Assembly: GCA_036276255.1 (NCBI GenBank) | Contig: DASUPK010000050.1 | Location: 26,093-90,092, forward strand | DNA length: 64,000 nt | Origin: Solirubrobacterales bacterium | GTDB taxonomy: Bacteria > Actinomycetota > Thermoleophilia > Solirubrobacterales > 70-9 | Direction of reading: 5' to 3' | In this document: positions 1 to 8,475 of the stretch, one piece after another | How positions within the stretch are numbered: the first letter of the stretch is position 1 | How the letters are laid out: each line of letters begins with the position of its first letter | The notes under the pieces: model-generated | Told to the model about the DNA's origin: nothing | The model's database searches: none | The model's input: the letters and a program-made list of their open reading frames with translations, nothing else | Position numbers and translations under genes: made by a program

Positions 1-1
1 C

Positions 2-259
2 GTGGAGATGCTCCGCGAGGAGGGAATGGCGGGCGCGACGGTGCTGCGGGGGATCGAGGGCTTCGGGGCCACGTCGCACCTGCACACGGCTCGGATCCTG
101 CGGCTTTCCGAGGACCTGCCCATCGTGATCGAGGTTGCCGATACCGCCGAGCGGATCGAGGCGATCATGCCCAGGATCGACGAGATGGTGAGCGACGGGA
201 TGGTCACGCTCGAGCGGGTCGAGGTGGTCACCTACCGGGCGCAGGAGAAGGGCGACTAG
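2..259 (+). CDS. DUF190/UPF0166 family small protein (often CrcB-associated); possibly 5'-truncated by window edge
   Basis: ORF track 2..259. GATVLRGIEGFG...IVIEV..ERIE pattern is typical of DUF190. High GC3. Confidence 0.7.
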   Translation: MEMLREEGMAGATVLRGIEGFGATSHLHTARILRLSEDLPIVIEVADTAERIEAIMPRIDEMVSDGMVTLERVEVVTYRAQEKGD

Positions 260-310
260 CGGCCTCCGCCGGCCCGACCCATCGGTGGGCCTCACTACGA
301 TGAGTCGTCC

Positions 311-1696
311 GTGAGCCGGTACACCTCCGCAACCGATCAGGACCGCCGGGAGATGCTCGATGCGATCGGCGTGTCCTCGATCGACGAGCTCTTCGACGTG
401 ATCCCCGAGGCCGTGCGCCTCGGCCGGTCACTCGAGCTGCCCGACGGCAAGCCCGAGACGGAGGTCTACGACCGGCTCTCCGGGCTTGCCCAGCGCAACG
501 CGCACGCCGAGGCCGAGACGAGCTTCCTGGGCGCCGGGATGTATGACCACTACGTGCCGGCGCTGGTCGACGCGATTGTCGGCCGCTCCGAGTTCCTGAC
601 GCCCTACACGCCCTACCAGCCCGAGATCTCCCAGGGCGGCCTTCAGGTGATGTTCGAGTTCCAGACCGCGATGTCGGAGCTCACCGGCCTGCCCGTCTCC
701 AACGCCGCGATGTATGAGGGCCCCTCCGCCGTCGCCTCCGCCGCCTACCTGGCGATCGGCGCGACGGGGCGGAAGAAGCTCGTCGCCTCCCGTGGCGTCC
801 ACCCGCACAGCCGCGAGTCCCTGGTCACGTACGGCGCTGGGTACGGGACCGAGCTGGTCGAGGTCCCGCTTGTGGATGGCGTCACGGACGCCGCCGCCCT
901 GGCCGAGGCCATCGACGACGACACTGCCGCCGTCTTCCTCCAGCAGCCGAATTTCCTGGGTGGCGTCGAGAACATCGAGGCGCTGGGAGCCAAGGCGAAG
1001 GAGAAGGGCGCGCTCGTGGTGGTCGCCTGTGATCCCATTGCTCTCTCGATCCTGCGGCCCCCCGGCGAGTGCGGCGCCGACATCGCAGTGGGCGAGGGCC
1101 AGCCGCTCGGCAACCGCCTCGACTACGGCGGGCCCTCCTTCGGCTTCTTCTGCGCGACCGAGGAGCAGATCCGCCGCATGCCGGGCCGCATCGCCGGCGA
1201 AACGACCGACGTCGACGGCCGCCGCGGCTTCGTGCTCACCCTCCAGACCCGCGAGCAGCACATCCGCCGGGAGAAGGCGACGCACAACATCTGCACCGCC
1301 CAGGCGCTCAATGCGCTGGCGGGGATGGTCCATCTGGCCTGGCTCGGCAAGCGCGGCTTCGTCGAGCTCGGGGAACTTCTGGTGCGCCGCACGGCCTACG
1401 CGCGCGAGCGGCTGGCGCAGGTCGACGGCGTGGAGTCGCTGCACGACGCTCCGGTCGTCCGCGAGTTCGCGGTCAGCCTGGACGCTCCAGTTTCGGAGGT
1501 GCTCGATCGCTGCGCCGCCGAGGGCATCGGAGCCGGGTATCCGCTCGGTCGCGACTACCCCGAACACGAGAACGGGCTCCTGATCGCGATCACCGAGCGC
1601 CGCTCGCCGCAGGACATCGATCGGTTCGCCGAGGTTCTCGGCAACGCGATCGCCGAGTCACGTGGCGCGCCGGTCGCTCAGGGGGTGGCGTTGTGA
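311..1696 (+). CDS. gcvPA: glycine dehydrogenase (decarboxylating) subunit 1
   Basis: 461 aa ORF. N-terminal MLDAIGVSSIDELF, GAGMYDHYVP and TPYQPEISQG motifs are typical of GcvPA. Its TGA overlaps the GTG of the next gene. Confidence 0.95.
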   Translation: MSRYTSATDQDRREMLDAIGVSSIDELFDVIPEAVRLGRSLELPDGKPETEVYDRLSGLAQRNAHAEAETSFLGAGMYDHYVPALVDAIVGRSEFLTPYTPYQPEISQGGLQVMFEFQTAMSELTGLPVSNAAMYEGPSAVASAAYLAIGATGRKKLVASRGVHPHSRESLVTYGAGYGTELVEVPLVDGVTDAAALAEAIDDDTAAVFLQQPNFLGGVENIEALGAKAKEKGALVVVACDPIALSILRPPGECGADIAVGEGQPLGNRLDYGGPSFGFFCATEEQIRRMPGRIAGETTDVDGRRGFVLTLQTREQHIRREKATHNICTAQALNALAGMVHLAWLGKRGFVELGELLVRRTAYARERLAQVDGVESLHDAPVVREFAVSLDAPVSEVLDRCAAEGIGAGYPLGRDYPEHENGLLIAITERRSPQDIDRFAEVLGNAIAESRGAPVAQGVAL

Positions 1697-3222
1697 GCAA
1701 CCCGCTCGGCCCGGAGATCACCGAGACGCCGATGCAGCGCGACCGCGCGGTCACCATCTACGAGCGTTCGGTCGAGGGACGCCGCGCGGCGACCCTGCCC
1801 GAGTCCGGCGTGGAGGAGCGCCCGATCGAGGAGCTGATCCCGAAGAGCCTGTTGCGAGTGAAGGCGGCCGAGCTTCCCGAGATCGCGGAGCCCGAGATCG
1901 TCCGGCACTACAACCGGATCTCGCGGCGGAACTTCGACCTCGACACGGGCTTCTACCCGCTCGGTTCGTGCACGATGAAGCACAACCCGCGCCTCAACGA
2001 GCGGGTGGCCGCCCTGCCGGGCCACGCGCGGCTGCACCCGGCGCAGGAGCCGAAGCGCGCCCAGGGCGCCCTGGAGCTCATGTGGCTGCTCCAGCAGTCG
2101 CTGTCGGAGATCTGCGGCCTCCCTCACGTCAGCCTCCAGCCCTCGGCCGGCTCACACGGCGAGCTCGCCGGGCTGTTGCTCACCCGGGCCTACCAAGCCC
2201 ACCGGGGTGAGAGTCGGACCAAGGTGCTCACCCCGGACACCGCCCACGGCACCAACCCGGCCACGGTGACGATGGCCGGCTACGAGGTGGTGAAGCTCGC
2301 CTCCAACGAGAAGGGGGGCATCGACCTCGACGACCTGCGCGCGAAGGCCGGTGACGACACCGCCTGCCTGATGCTCACGAACCCCAACACGCTCGGGCTG
2401 TTCGACGAGAACATCGAGGAGATCGCCTCGATCGTGCACGAGGCCGGCGGCACGCTCTACTACGACGGCGCCAACCTGAACGCGATCATGGGCCACTCGC
2501 GGCCGGGTGACATGGGCTTCGACATCGTCCACGTCAACCTGCACAAGTCCTTCTCGCAGCCCCATGGCGGCGGCGGCCCGGGGGCCGGACCGATCGCCTG
2601 CTCGGACCGGATCGAGCCGTTCCTGCCCCGCCCCCAGGTGGTGCGCAGCGAGCCCCAGAACGGGGGAGAGCCGTCCTTCGATCTCGACTTCGACCGCCCG
2701 AAGTCGATCGGCCGCCTGCGGGGCTTCCAGGGCAACTTCGGCGTCTTCGTGCGCTCCTACGCCTACATCCTCAGCCTGGGCGGCGACGGCCTCCAGGAGG
2801 CCTCCGAGACCGCCGTGCTGAACGCCAACTACCTGCTCGCCAAGCTGAGTGAGGGGAAGGCCGGCAAGTACACGCCGGTCGCCTTCCAGAACCGCCCGAT
2901 GCACGAGTTCGTGCTCTCCGGAGCCCCGGCCAAGAAGGAGCTCGGCATCAAGACGCTCGATATCGCCAAGCGCCTGCTCGACCACGGCATGCACCCGCCC
3001 ACCGTCTACTTCCCGCTGCTGGTCGACGAGGCCCTGATGGTCGAGCCGACCGAGACCGAGACGCGCGAGACGCTCGACGCCTTCGCCGAGGCGATCGACG
3101 CGATTCTCGTCGAGGCCGAGGACGACCCCGCAGTTGCTCAGCAGGCCCCCTACACGACCCCGGTCCGCCGCCTCGACGAGGTCGCGGCGAACCGGAAGCC
3201 CGTCGTCCGCCAGCCCCTCTGA
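1693..3222 (+). CDS. gcvPB: glycine dehydrogenase (decarboxylating) subunit 2
   Basis: C-terminal ~510 aa of ORF 1069..3222. Start set at the in-frame GTG 1693 (GTGA overlap with gcvPA). FYPLGSCTMKHNP and PLP-lysine motif NLHKSFSQPHGGGGPG. The part upstream of 1693 is out-of-frame overlap with gcvPA. Confidence 0.95.
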   Translation: MSNPLGPEITETPMQRDRAVTIYERSVEGRRAATLPESGVEERPIEELIPKSLLRVKAAELPEIAEPEIVRHYNRISRRNFDLDTGFYPLGSCTMKHNPRLNERVAALPGHARLHPAQEPKRAQGALELMWLLQQSLSEICGLPHVSLQPSAGSHGELAGLLLTRAYQAHRGESRTKVLTPDTAHGTNPATVTMAGYEVVKLASNEKGGIDLDDLRAKAGDDTACLMLTNPNTLGLFDENIEEIASIVHEAGGTLYYDGANLNAIMGHSRPGDMGFDIVHVNLHKSFSQPHGGGGPGAGPIACSDRIEPFLPRPQVVRSEPQNGGEPSFDLDFDRPKSIGRLRGFQGNFGVFVRSYAYILSLGGDGLQEASETAVLNANYLLAKLSEGKAGKYTPVAFQNRPMHEFVLSGAPAKKELGIKTLDIAKRLLDHGMHPPTVYFPLLVDEALMVEPTETETRETLDAFAEAIDAILVEAEDDPAVAQQAPYTTPVRRLDEVAANRKPVVRQPL

Positions 3223-3233
3223 AACCGCCGCAG

Positions 3234-3269
3234 GGCGCCGACACCCCCAGGTGCTGGGCTGCCGGCGCC
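3234..3269. terminator. GC-rich hairpin between convergent genes (candidate bidirectional terminator)
   Basis: GGCGCCG (3234-3240) pairs with CGGCGCC (3263-3269). Inner CCCAG/CTGGG stem. Lies between the gcvPB stop and the stop of the minus-strand ORF 3286..3801. No clean U-tract. Confidence 0.4.
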
Positions 3270-3285
3270 CCGTGACTTTCAGGCG

Positions 3286-3801
3286 TTAGCCCTTGACGAG
3301 CTTCGCTCCGGGAATCTTGAGCGCGGTGATCTCGGCGTGGTTCACGTCCGCCGCCAGGCTCGAGGAGCAGGTGAGCTGGGCGGTCGTGGCCGCCTTGGCC
3401 TGGCCCGAGACCTCCATCGCAACGCTGCTCTGCGCGGAGATCGTGCCGGTACCGGTGAACGTGTCGGATTGGTCCTGACCGACGCCGTTCAGCCGCAGGA
3501 AGCAGCTGATGTTCGCGCTCGCCGCGTTCTGTCGGACATCGAACGTCGACCGGACGTCATAGGCGCCCTGACCAAGGCTGAGAGTGCCGAGCACCGTCTG
3601 CGATGTGCTCAGGTTCTTGACGCCGGAGATCGACAGCTGCGTGACGTTCGTCTTCTTCGCGATCGTCTTGTTGACCTTCTTCGCGGTTACTCCGCTCGAC
3701 CCGGCGATCACCGGGGTAACCAGCAGGGCGGTCGCCAGGACGGCGGCGAGGACCGCCGGAATCGCCCAGCGCCCCGCGCCTCTCTTCAAATGAGACATCA
3801 A
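3286..3801 (-). CDS. secreted/membrane-anchored hypothetical protein
   Basis: 171 aa. N-terminal basic stretch plus hydrophobic helix (WAIPAVLAAVLATALLVTPVIAG), then a K-rich linker (AKKVNKTIAKKTN) and a Ser/Thr/Gly-rich domain. High GC3. Same N-terminal architecture as ORFs at 51815 and 62326. Confidence 0.6.
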   Translation of the reverse strand: MMSHLKRGAGRWAIPAVLAAVLATALLVTPVIAGSSGVTAKKVNKTIAKKTNVTQLSISGVKNLSTSQTVLGTLSLGQGAYDVRSTFDVRQNAASANISCFLRLNGVGQDQSDTFTGTGTISAQSSVAMEVSGQAKAATTAQLTCSSSLAADVNHAEITALKIPGAKLVKG

Positions 3802-3883
3802 TCCCTCCTTCGATTTGCCGCGCCCGGACGCGGGCGCACGGAGGGCACCTTGTCACGGGCCTCGGAGGGCAATCCGGGGCCGC

Positions 3884-4795
3884 CTAGTCGGTCTCGAGCT
3901 CGCCGAGGTCGGGCAGCTTCTGCTTGGTGGAGAGCACCGGCTCGAACAGGTCGCCCTCCTTCTCGATCCGCTTGATCGCGGCCGGAATCTCGAAACGGAG
4001 TCTCTCGGCGCTCTTCTTGTTCTTTGCCGCCCGCTCGACCTCCCGCCAATGCAGCGGGATCGACACCGTCGGGTACTCGCGGGCCCGCAGCGAGTACACG
4101 GCGATCGTCGTCTTCTTCTGGTGGTTCTGGCTCCAGTCGACGAAGACCTTGCCGCGCCGATCGACCTTGGCCATCTTGGAGACGACCTCCTTCGGAGTCT
4201 GCTTCTCGAGCAGCTGGGCGACTGCCTTGGCGAACGGGCTCGTCTGCTCGTACGTCACCTTGGTGTTGAGCGGGAAGTAGACCTGCAGGCCCTTGCCGCC
4301 CGAGACCTTCGGGAACCCCTCGAGTCCGAACGCGTTGAATAGCTCCCTGACCCGCAGGGCGACCTTGCAGCACTCGACCAGGCCCGCGGGCTCGCCGGGG
4401 TCGAGGTCGAAGGCGAGCACCGTCGGCTGCTCCATGCGCTTCGATTTGGAGAGCGAGGGGTGGAGCTCCAGCGCCGCGAGCTGGGCCATCCAGATCAGCG
4501 TGGGGCGGTTCTCGCAGAGGCAGAAGTCGATCTCACCGGCGCGGCGATCGACGTAGATCGGGGTCGTCTTCACCCATTCGGGCCGATGCTTCGGGCAGTT
4601 CTTCTCGAAGAACGACGTCTGCGGCTTGCCCACTCCCTCGGGGAAGCGGCGGAGGGTCAGCGGCCGGCCCTTCAGGTGCGGAATGAGCAGGTCCGCGACC
4701 CGGGCGTAGTAGTCGATCACCTCCGCCTTGGTCGTCTTGGTCTTCGGGTAGAGGACCTTGTCGAGGTTGGTCAGCTTGACCTTGCGCCGACCAAT
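3884..4795 (-). CDS. ligD: NHEJ polymerase/primase (LigD PolDom, archaeo-eukaryotic primase fold), stand-alone
   Basis: ORF track 3884..4720. Motifs FDLDP and SGGKGLQVY are AEP catalytic motifs. The conserved N-terminal segment IGRRKVKLTNLDKVLYPKTKTTKAEVIDYY continues in frame upstream of GTG 4720 with no ATG/GTG/TTG. I place the start at in-frame ATT 4795. The canonical alternative is GTG 4720. Confidence 0.85.
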   Translation of the reverse strand: MGRRKVKLTNLDKVLYPKTKTTKAEVIDYYARVADLLIPHLKGRPLTLRRFPEGVGKPQTSFFEKNCPKHRPEWVKTTPIYVDRRAGEIDFCLCENRPTLIWMAQLAALELHPSLSKSKRMEQPTVLAFDLDPGEPAGLVECCKVALRVRELFNAFGLEGFPKVSGGKGLQVYFPLNTKVTYEQTSPFAKAVAQLLEKQTPKEVVSKMAKVDRRGKVFVDWSQNHQKKTTIAVYSLRAREYPTVSIPLHWREVERAAKNKKSAERLRFEIPAAIKRIEKEGDLFEPVLSTKQKLPDLGELETD

Positions 4796-4815
4796 CGTTA
4801 CTTCAGTGCCCTTGG

Positions 4816-5760
4816 CTATGCCTTGGCCTTCTTGCGAGAGGTGGACTTGCGGCCGTTGCTGGAGCTCTTCGACTTGGTGCTGGAGCTCTTCGAGCTGGAG
4901 GTGGACTTCGCCTTGGGCTTGGCCTTCGGCTTCGGCTTGGGCTTCGACGCCTTGCCGTCGGTGGCCGCTTCCTCGCCGCGGACCGCGCTCAGGCTCTCCT
5001 CGAGGGCGGCCATCAGGTCCGGAGCCTTGGTCGGCTCCGGTTCTTCGCTGGGCGCGCTGACGACCTCCTTGCCGGCAGCCTTGCGCTCGAGCACGTCGAG
5101 CAGCTCCTCGCGGTACTCGTCCCGGTAGCTGTTGGGATTGAAGTCGCTGGTGAGGGACTCGATCAGCTGCTTGGCCATCTCGAGCTCACGCTTCTCGGGC
5201 TTCTTCGGCTTCGCGCCCTCGAAGACGTCATCGAGGTCCTTGGGAGAGGTGACCTCGTCGTGGAATCGCATCGTGGTCAGGGTGAGGACGTCGTCCATGG
5301 GGCGGATTGCCGCGAGGTGCTCCTTGTTGCGGAGCACGAAGCGGGCAACGGCGACCTTGCGTGCATCCTTCATCGCCTGGACGAGCAGCGCATATGCGCG
5401 CTCCGCGCCCTTGTCCGGCCCGAGGTAGTAGGGCTGCTCGAAGTAGATGGGGTCGATGTCGTCGAGGTCGACGAAGTCCTGGATCTCGATCGCTCGGGTC
5501 TTCTTGGGGTCGAGATCGGAGAGCTCGTCTCGGCTCAGGACCACGTACTGGTCCGGCGCGTACTCGTAGCCCTTGACGATCTTCTCGTAGGGGACCTCCT
5601 TGCCGTCGGATTCCGCGACGCGCTTGTGCTTGACCCGCGAGCTGTCGCTCTCGCGAAGCTCGCGGAATCGCACGGTCTGCTTGGAGACCGCGCTGTACAG
5701 CTTCACGGGCACGTTCAGCAGCCCAAAGCTGATCGATCCACTCCATATCGCCCTAGCCAA
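4816..5760 (-). CDS. ku: Ku protein (NHEJ DNA end-binding)
   Basis: ARAIWSGSISFGLLNVPVKLYSA is the canonical bacterial Ku N-terminus. Lys/Ser/Pro-rich basic C-terminal tail. Start chosen at TTG 5760 (GAGG 9 nt upstream). The ORF track start TTG 5766 is the alternative. Confidence 0.93.
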   Translation of the reverse strand: MARAIWSGSISFGLLNVPVKLYSAVSKQTVRFRELRESDSSRVKHKRVAESDGKEVPYEKIVKGYEYAPDQYVVLSRDELSDLDPKKTRAIEIQDFVDLDDIDPIYFEQPYYLGPDKGAERAYALLVQAMKDARKVAVARFVLRNKEHLAAIRPMDDVLTLTTMRFHDEVTSPKDLDDVFEGAKPKKPEKRELEMAKQLIESLTSDFNPNSYRDEYREELLDVLERKAAGKEVVSAPSEEPEPTKAPDLMAALEESLSAVRGEEAATDGKASKPKPKPKAKPKAKSTSSSKSSSTKSKSSSNGRKSTSRKKAKA

Positions 5761-5887
5761 GCTCAATCACCTCGATCCGAATCCTTCGACATAGCTGAGA
5801 GTACCCCTGGGGTCCCATCGGCAATCGGGCGCAACCTTGCGTCCTTGCGGCTGTAGTGACTGCCCCGGCGGCCGAAACTCATCGCCC

Positions 5888-6883
5888 TCAGAACTCCTTG
5901 ACCACCTCGCGCGGGTCCTTGTCGTCCCGCATGCCCTTGAACGCCGGCTGCCGGAGCGTTCCCTGATTCGTCCACTCGGTCCAGGAGACCTCGCAGAAGA
6001 GCTCCGGCTCGCACCAGACCGCGAACCGGGCCTTCGGGCCGGTCGGGGCGCCGACGTCGAACGGGCTGTCAGGGCGCTCTCGCTTACGGAGCTCCTTCGT
6101 CAGGAACTCGAGGTCGCTCTCCTTCAGGCCGGAGCCGACGCCCCCCGCGAAGTGCAGCGTCTGGCGCTGCCCCTTGCGGAGCTCGGAGCGTCGCTTGTCG
6201 TAGTAGCCGACCAGGACCGACCCGACCCGCTTCGCACGGCTGCCCTCGCCGGGGATATAGCCCCCGATCACGAACTCCTGGCGCTTCCAGACCCTGGTCT
6301 TGATCCACTCCCCGGTGCGCTTGCCGGGTCGGTAGGGACTGTCGGCGTCCTTGGAGACGATCCCCTCGAGTCCCTGGCGGCGCGCGGCCTCGAGCAGGTC
6401 GGCACCTCCGTCGAGCCGGTAGGCGGGAGTCCGCCAGCGTGGGCCGTCGAGACCGAGCCCGGCGAGCAGCTCGCGGCGCTGCAGGTAGGTGAGGTCGCGA
6501 AGATTCCGGCCGTCCAGGTGCAGCAGGTCGAAGATCACGTAGTCGACGGGCTGCTGCTTCATCCTCGCCTTGACGGCGCCGGGCGAGGTCAGCCCCATGC
6601 GGCTCTGGATCAGCTGGAAGCGTGGGCGCCCCTCGCCGTCGAGAGCGACAACCTCGCCGTCGAGAATCGCCGAGTGGTCGCCGATCGCCTCGGCGATCGC
6701 CTCGAGCTCCGGATAGCGCGCGCTGACGTCCTCCTGGCGGCGACTCAGCATCGACCACTTGCCGCGCGCGGCATACCCGAGGGCCCTGATGCCGTCCCAC
6801 TTGATCTCGTAGGCCCATTCGCCGGAGTCGGACCCCGGCACGTCGCCGGGCTTGGCGAGCATCGGGTCGAGCCTCCTGGGCAT
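5888..6883 (-). CDS. ligD: ATP-dependent DNA ligase (LigD ligase-domain-only, NHEJ)
   Basis: C-terminal 331 aa of ORF 5888..7300. ATG 6883 is preceded by AAGGAG. Adenylation motif I EIKWDGIR, plus EGIVSK and an OB-domain region. The N-terminal 139 aa of the tracked ORF is spurious because it overlaps the divergent ABC gene. Confidence 0.9.
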   Translation of the reverse strand: MPRRLDPMLAKPGDVPGSDSGEWAYEIKWDGIRALGYAARGKWSMLSRRQEDVSARYPELEAIAEAIGDHSAILDGEVVALDGEGRPRFQLIQSRMGLTSPGAVKARMKQQPVDYVIFDLLHLDGRNLRDLTYLQRRELLAGLGLDGPRWRTPAYRLDGGADLLEAARRQGLEGIVSKDADSPYRPGKRTGEWIKTRVWKRQEFVIGGYIPGEGSRAKRVGSVLVGYYDKRRSELRKGQRQTLHFAGGVGSGLKESDLEFLTKELRKRERPDSPFDVGAPTGPKARFAVWCEPELFCEVSWTEWTNQGTLRQPAFKGMRDDKDPREVVKEF

Positions 6884-6988
6884 GCGCTCCTTAGGGGCGG
6901 CATCCAGCGGCGAGCGGGTTTCGGCGTTCGTCCTCGGCACGCCATCGATTATGCGGGTCGATTTAGAACCGAGTCGGATAATCGGCAG

Positions 6989-7687
6989 GTGCTCTTCGAG
7001 CTCGAGGACGTCAGCTATGCGCGCTCCGGAAAGCTCGTGCTGCGCGATCTGGGCGCCCGGTTGCCGGTCGGCGCCAGCTCGGTCGTTGGCCCCTCGGGCA
7101 GCGGCAAGTCGACGCTGCTGAGGCTGCTCAACCGTCTCGCCGATCCGGACTCCGGCACGGTCGTCTACGAGGGGAAGGACGTCCGCGAGCGCGATCCCCT
7201 GGCGCTCCGCCGCGAGGTCTGCCTCGTACCCCAGCTCCCGGCGCTGATCGAGGGCACCGTCCACGACAACGTCGCCTACGGGCCGCGCCTTGCTGGGCAC
7301 AGCTTCGACGCGCGCAGCTGCCTCGAGCTCGCCGGCCTGGACCCGGCATTCGAGGACCGCGACTCCGCCAAGCTCTCGGTCGGCGAGCAGCAGCGCGTCA
7401 TGCTGGCGCGGGCGCTCGCGCTCGAACCCCGGGTACTGCTCCTGGATGAGCCCACCTCAGCGCTCGACCAGACCGCCCGCGACGCGGTGGAGGCGACTCT
7501 CCAGGGCCTGCGCGCCCGGACGGCGATCTCGACCGTGGTCGTCACGCACGACATGGAGCAGGCGAGGCGGCTCGCCGACTACGTCGTCCGGATCGAAAAC
7601 GGGAGGGCGAGCGCCCAGGGACCAATCGGTGAGGTCCTCGATCAGGAGGTCGAGCCCGCGATCGCCACGGCGGAGGACGCCACATGA
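6989..7687 (+). CDS. fetA: ABC transporter ATP-binding protein, FetA/YbbL-like
   Basis: GTG 6989 is in frame in ORF 5837..7687. Walker A GPSGSGKST, signature LSVGEQQR, Walker B LLLDEPTSALD. Size (~232 aa) and pairing with a UPF0014 permease fit FetAB. Confidence 0.82.
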   Translation: MLFELEDVSYARSGKLVLRDLGARLPVGASSVVGPSGSGKSTLLRLLNRLADPDSGTVVYEGKDVRERDPLALRREVCLVPQLPALIEGTVHDNVAYGPRLAGHSFDARSCLELAGLDPAFEDRDSAKLSVGEQQRVMLARALALEPRVLLLDEPTSALDQTARDAVEATLQGLRARTAISTVVVTHDMEQARRLADYVVRIENGRASAQGPIGEVLDQEVEPAIATAEDAT

Positions 7688-8475
7688 CGCATCTCGCCGC
7701 CGCCTCCTCGATCCACGTCACTCTCGGCGAGGTTGCCGCGGCCCTGGCACTGGTCGCGATCGCCGCGATCGCCTCGCGCGCCTGGCACGCGGAGCTCGAG
7801 GAGGACATCGGGATCGCGGTGTTCCGCTCCCTCGTACAGCTGACTGCGATCGGCTACGTGATCACCCTGATCTTCGACCAGGACTCGGCCGTGCTCGTGC
7901 TCGCTCTGATCACGGTGATGGTGGTCTTCGGCGCGTTCACTGCCCGCAATCGCGCCAAGTGCGTGCCGAACGCCTTCTGGCCGCTGCTCATCGCGCTCGC
8001 CGTGGCGGCGGCCGCGACGTTGGGCCTGGTGATCGCCCTGGGCATCTTCCCGGCGACCCCGCGCTATCTGGTGCCGGTCGGGGGCATGGTGATCGGCAAC
8101 TCGATGACGTCGGCCGCAGTGGCCCTCAACCGGCTCGGGGAGGACGTCCACGACCAGTCGCGCACGATCGAGGCGACCCTGGCGCTCGGCGCGACGTCGT
8201 CCCAGGCGGTCACGCCCCTCGTCCAGCGCAGCCTGCGCTCGGGGATGATCACCCTGGTCGACTCCACGAAGACCACCGGCCTGATCTTCTTCCCCGGGAC
8301 GATGGTGGGAATGCTGCTCGCCGGAGCGAACCCGACGGACGCCGTGCGGCTCCAGCTGATCCTTCTCTACGTGCTGCTCGGCGCGGCCTCGATCGCCGCG
8401 CTGATGGCGATCACCCTGGCGCGGCGGAACTTCTTCACGTCCGCGCACCAGTTGCGCGAGCCCCCCGAGCCCTAG
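7684..8475 (+). CDS. fetB: ABC transporter permease, UPF0014/FetB (YbbM) family
   Basis: 263 aa polytopic membrane protein. ATGA overlap with the ATPase gene. Sequence pattern (FRSLVQLTAIGYV..., LGATSSQA) fits FetB-like iron-export permeases. Confidence 0.82.
   Translation: MTHLAAASSIHVTLGEVAAALALVAIAAIASRAWHAELEEDIGIAVFRSLVQLTAIGYVITLIFDQDSAVLVLALITVMVVFGAFTARNRAKCVPNAFWPLLIALAVAAAATLGLVIALGIFPATPRYLVPVGGMVIGNSMTSAAVALNRLGEDVHDQSRTIEATLALGATSSQAVTPLVQRSLRSGMITLVDSTKTTGLIFFPGTMVGMLLAGANPTDAVRLQLILLYVLLGAASIAALMAITLARRNFFTSAHQLREPPEP

Noticed and set aside
260-310. A glycine riboswitch upstream of gcvPA, and a SAM riboswitch upstream of metK (26003-26012).
   Set aside because: The gaps are only ~50 nt and 10 nt, far too short. 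No conserved riboswitch cores were seen.
428-1567. Long antisense or alternate-frame ORFs throughout the track. Examples: 428..1567(-), 7290..9188(+), 22405..24282(-), 27873..29984(-), 56126..57343(-), 57356..58906(+), 59478..62474(-, 998 aa).
   Set aside because: They overlap genes with clear motif-level identity on the other strand or frame. Their translations are Arg/Pro/Gly/Ala-rich low-complexity sequences, typical of shadow ORFs in ~70% GC DNA, and no recognisable domains were seen.
4796-4830. A programmed frameshift or a Ku-LigD-Pol fusion, because the Pol frame stays open into the ku 3' end (offset +2/-1).
   Set aside because: No slippery heptamer or obvious stimulatory structure lies at the junction. 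The in-frame Pol-frame translation inside ku (…QGIAKG…) is not Pol-like. A non-canonical start or an assembly error is the simpler explanation.
4822-4960. Apparent tandem repetition at the ku 3' end (repeated cttcgagctggag / ggcttgggctt units).
   Set aside because: It encodes the Lys/Ser/Pro-rich basic tail (KPKPKPKAKPKAK…SSSKSSSTKSKSSS) that is typical of actinobacterial Ku. It is coding low-complexity sequence, not a non-coding repeat or CRISPR.
5837-6988. N-terminal extensions of tracked ORFs: 5837..6988 of the ABC ATPase, 6884..7300 of the ligase, 1069..1692 of gcvPB, 43582..44622 beyond 44064, and 33776..35305 beyond 35215.
   Set aside because: The extensions overlap neighbouring real genes or low-GC3 spacers. 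Internal starts with Shine-Dalgarno sequences or stop/start overlaps give proteins of the normal family length.
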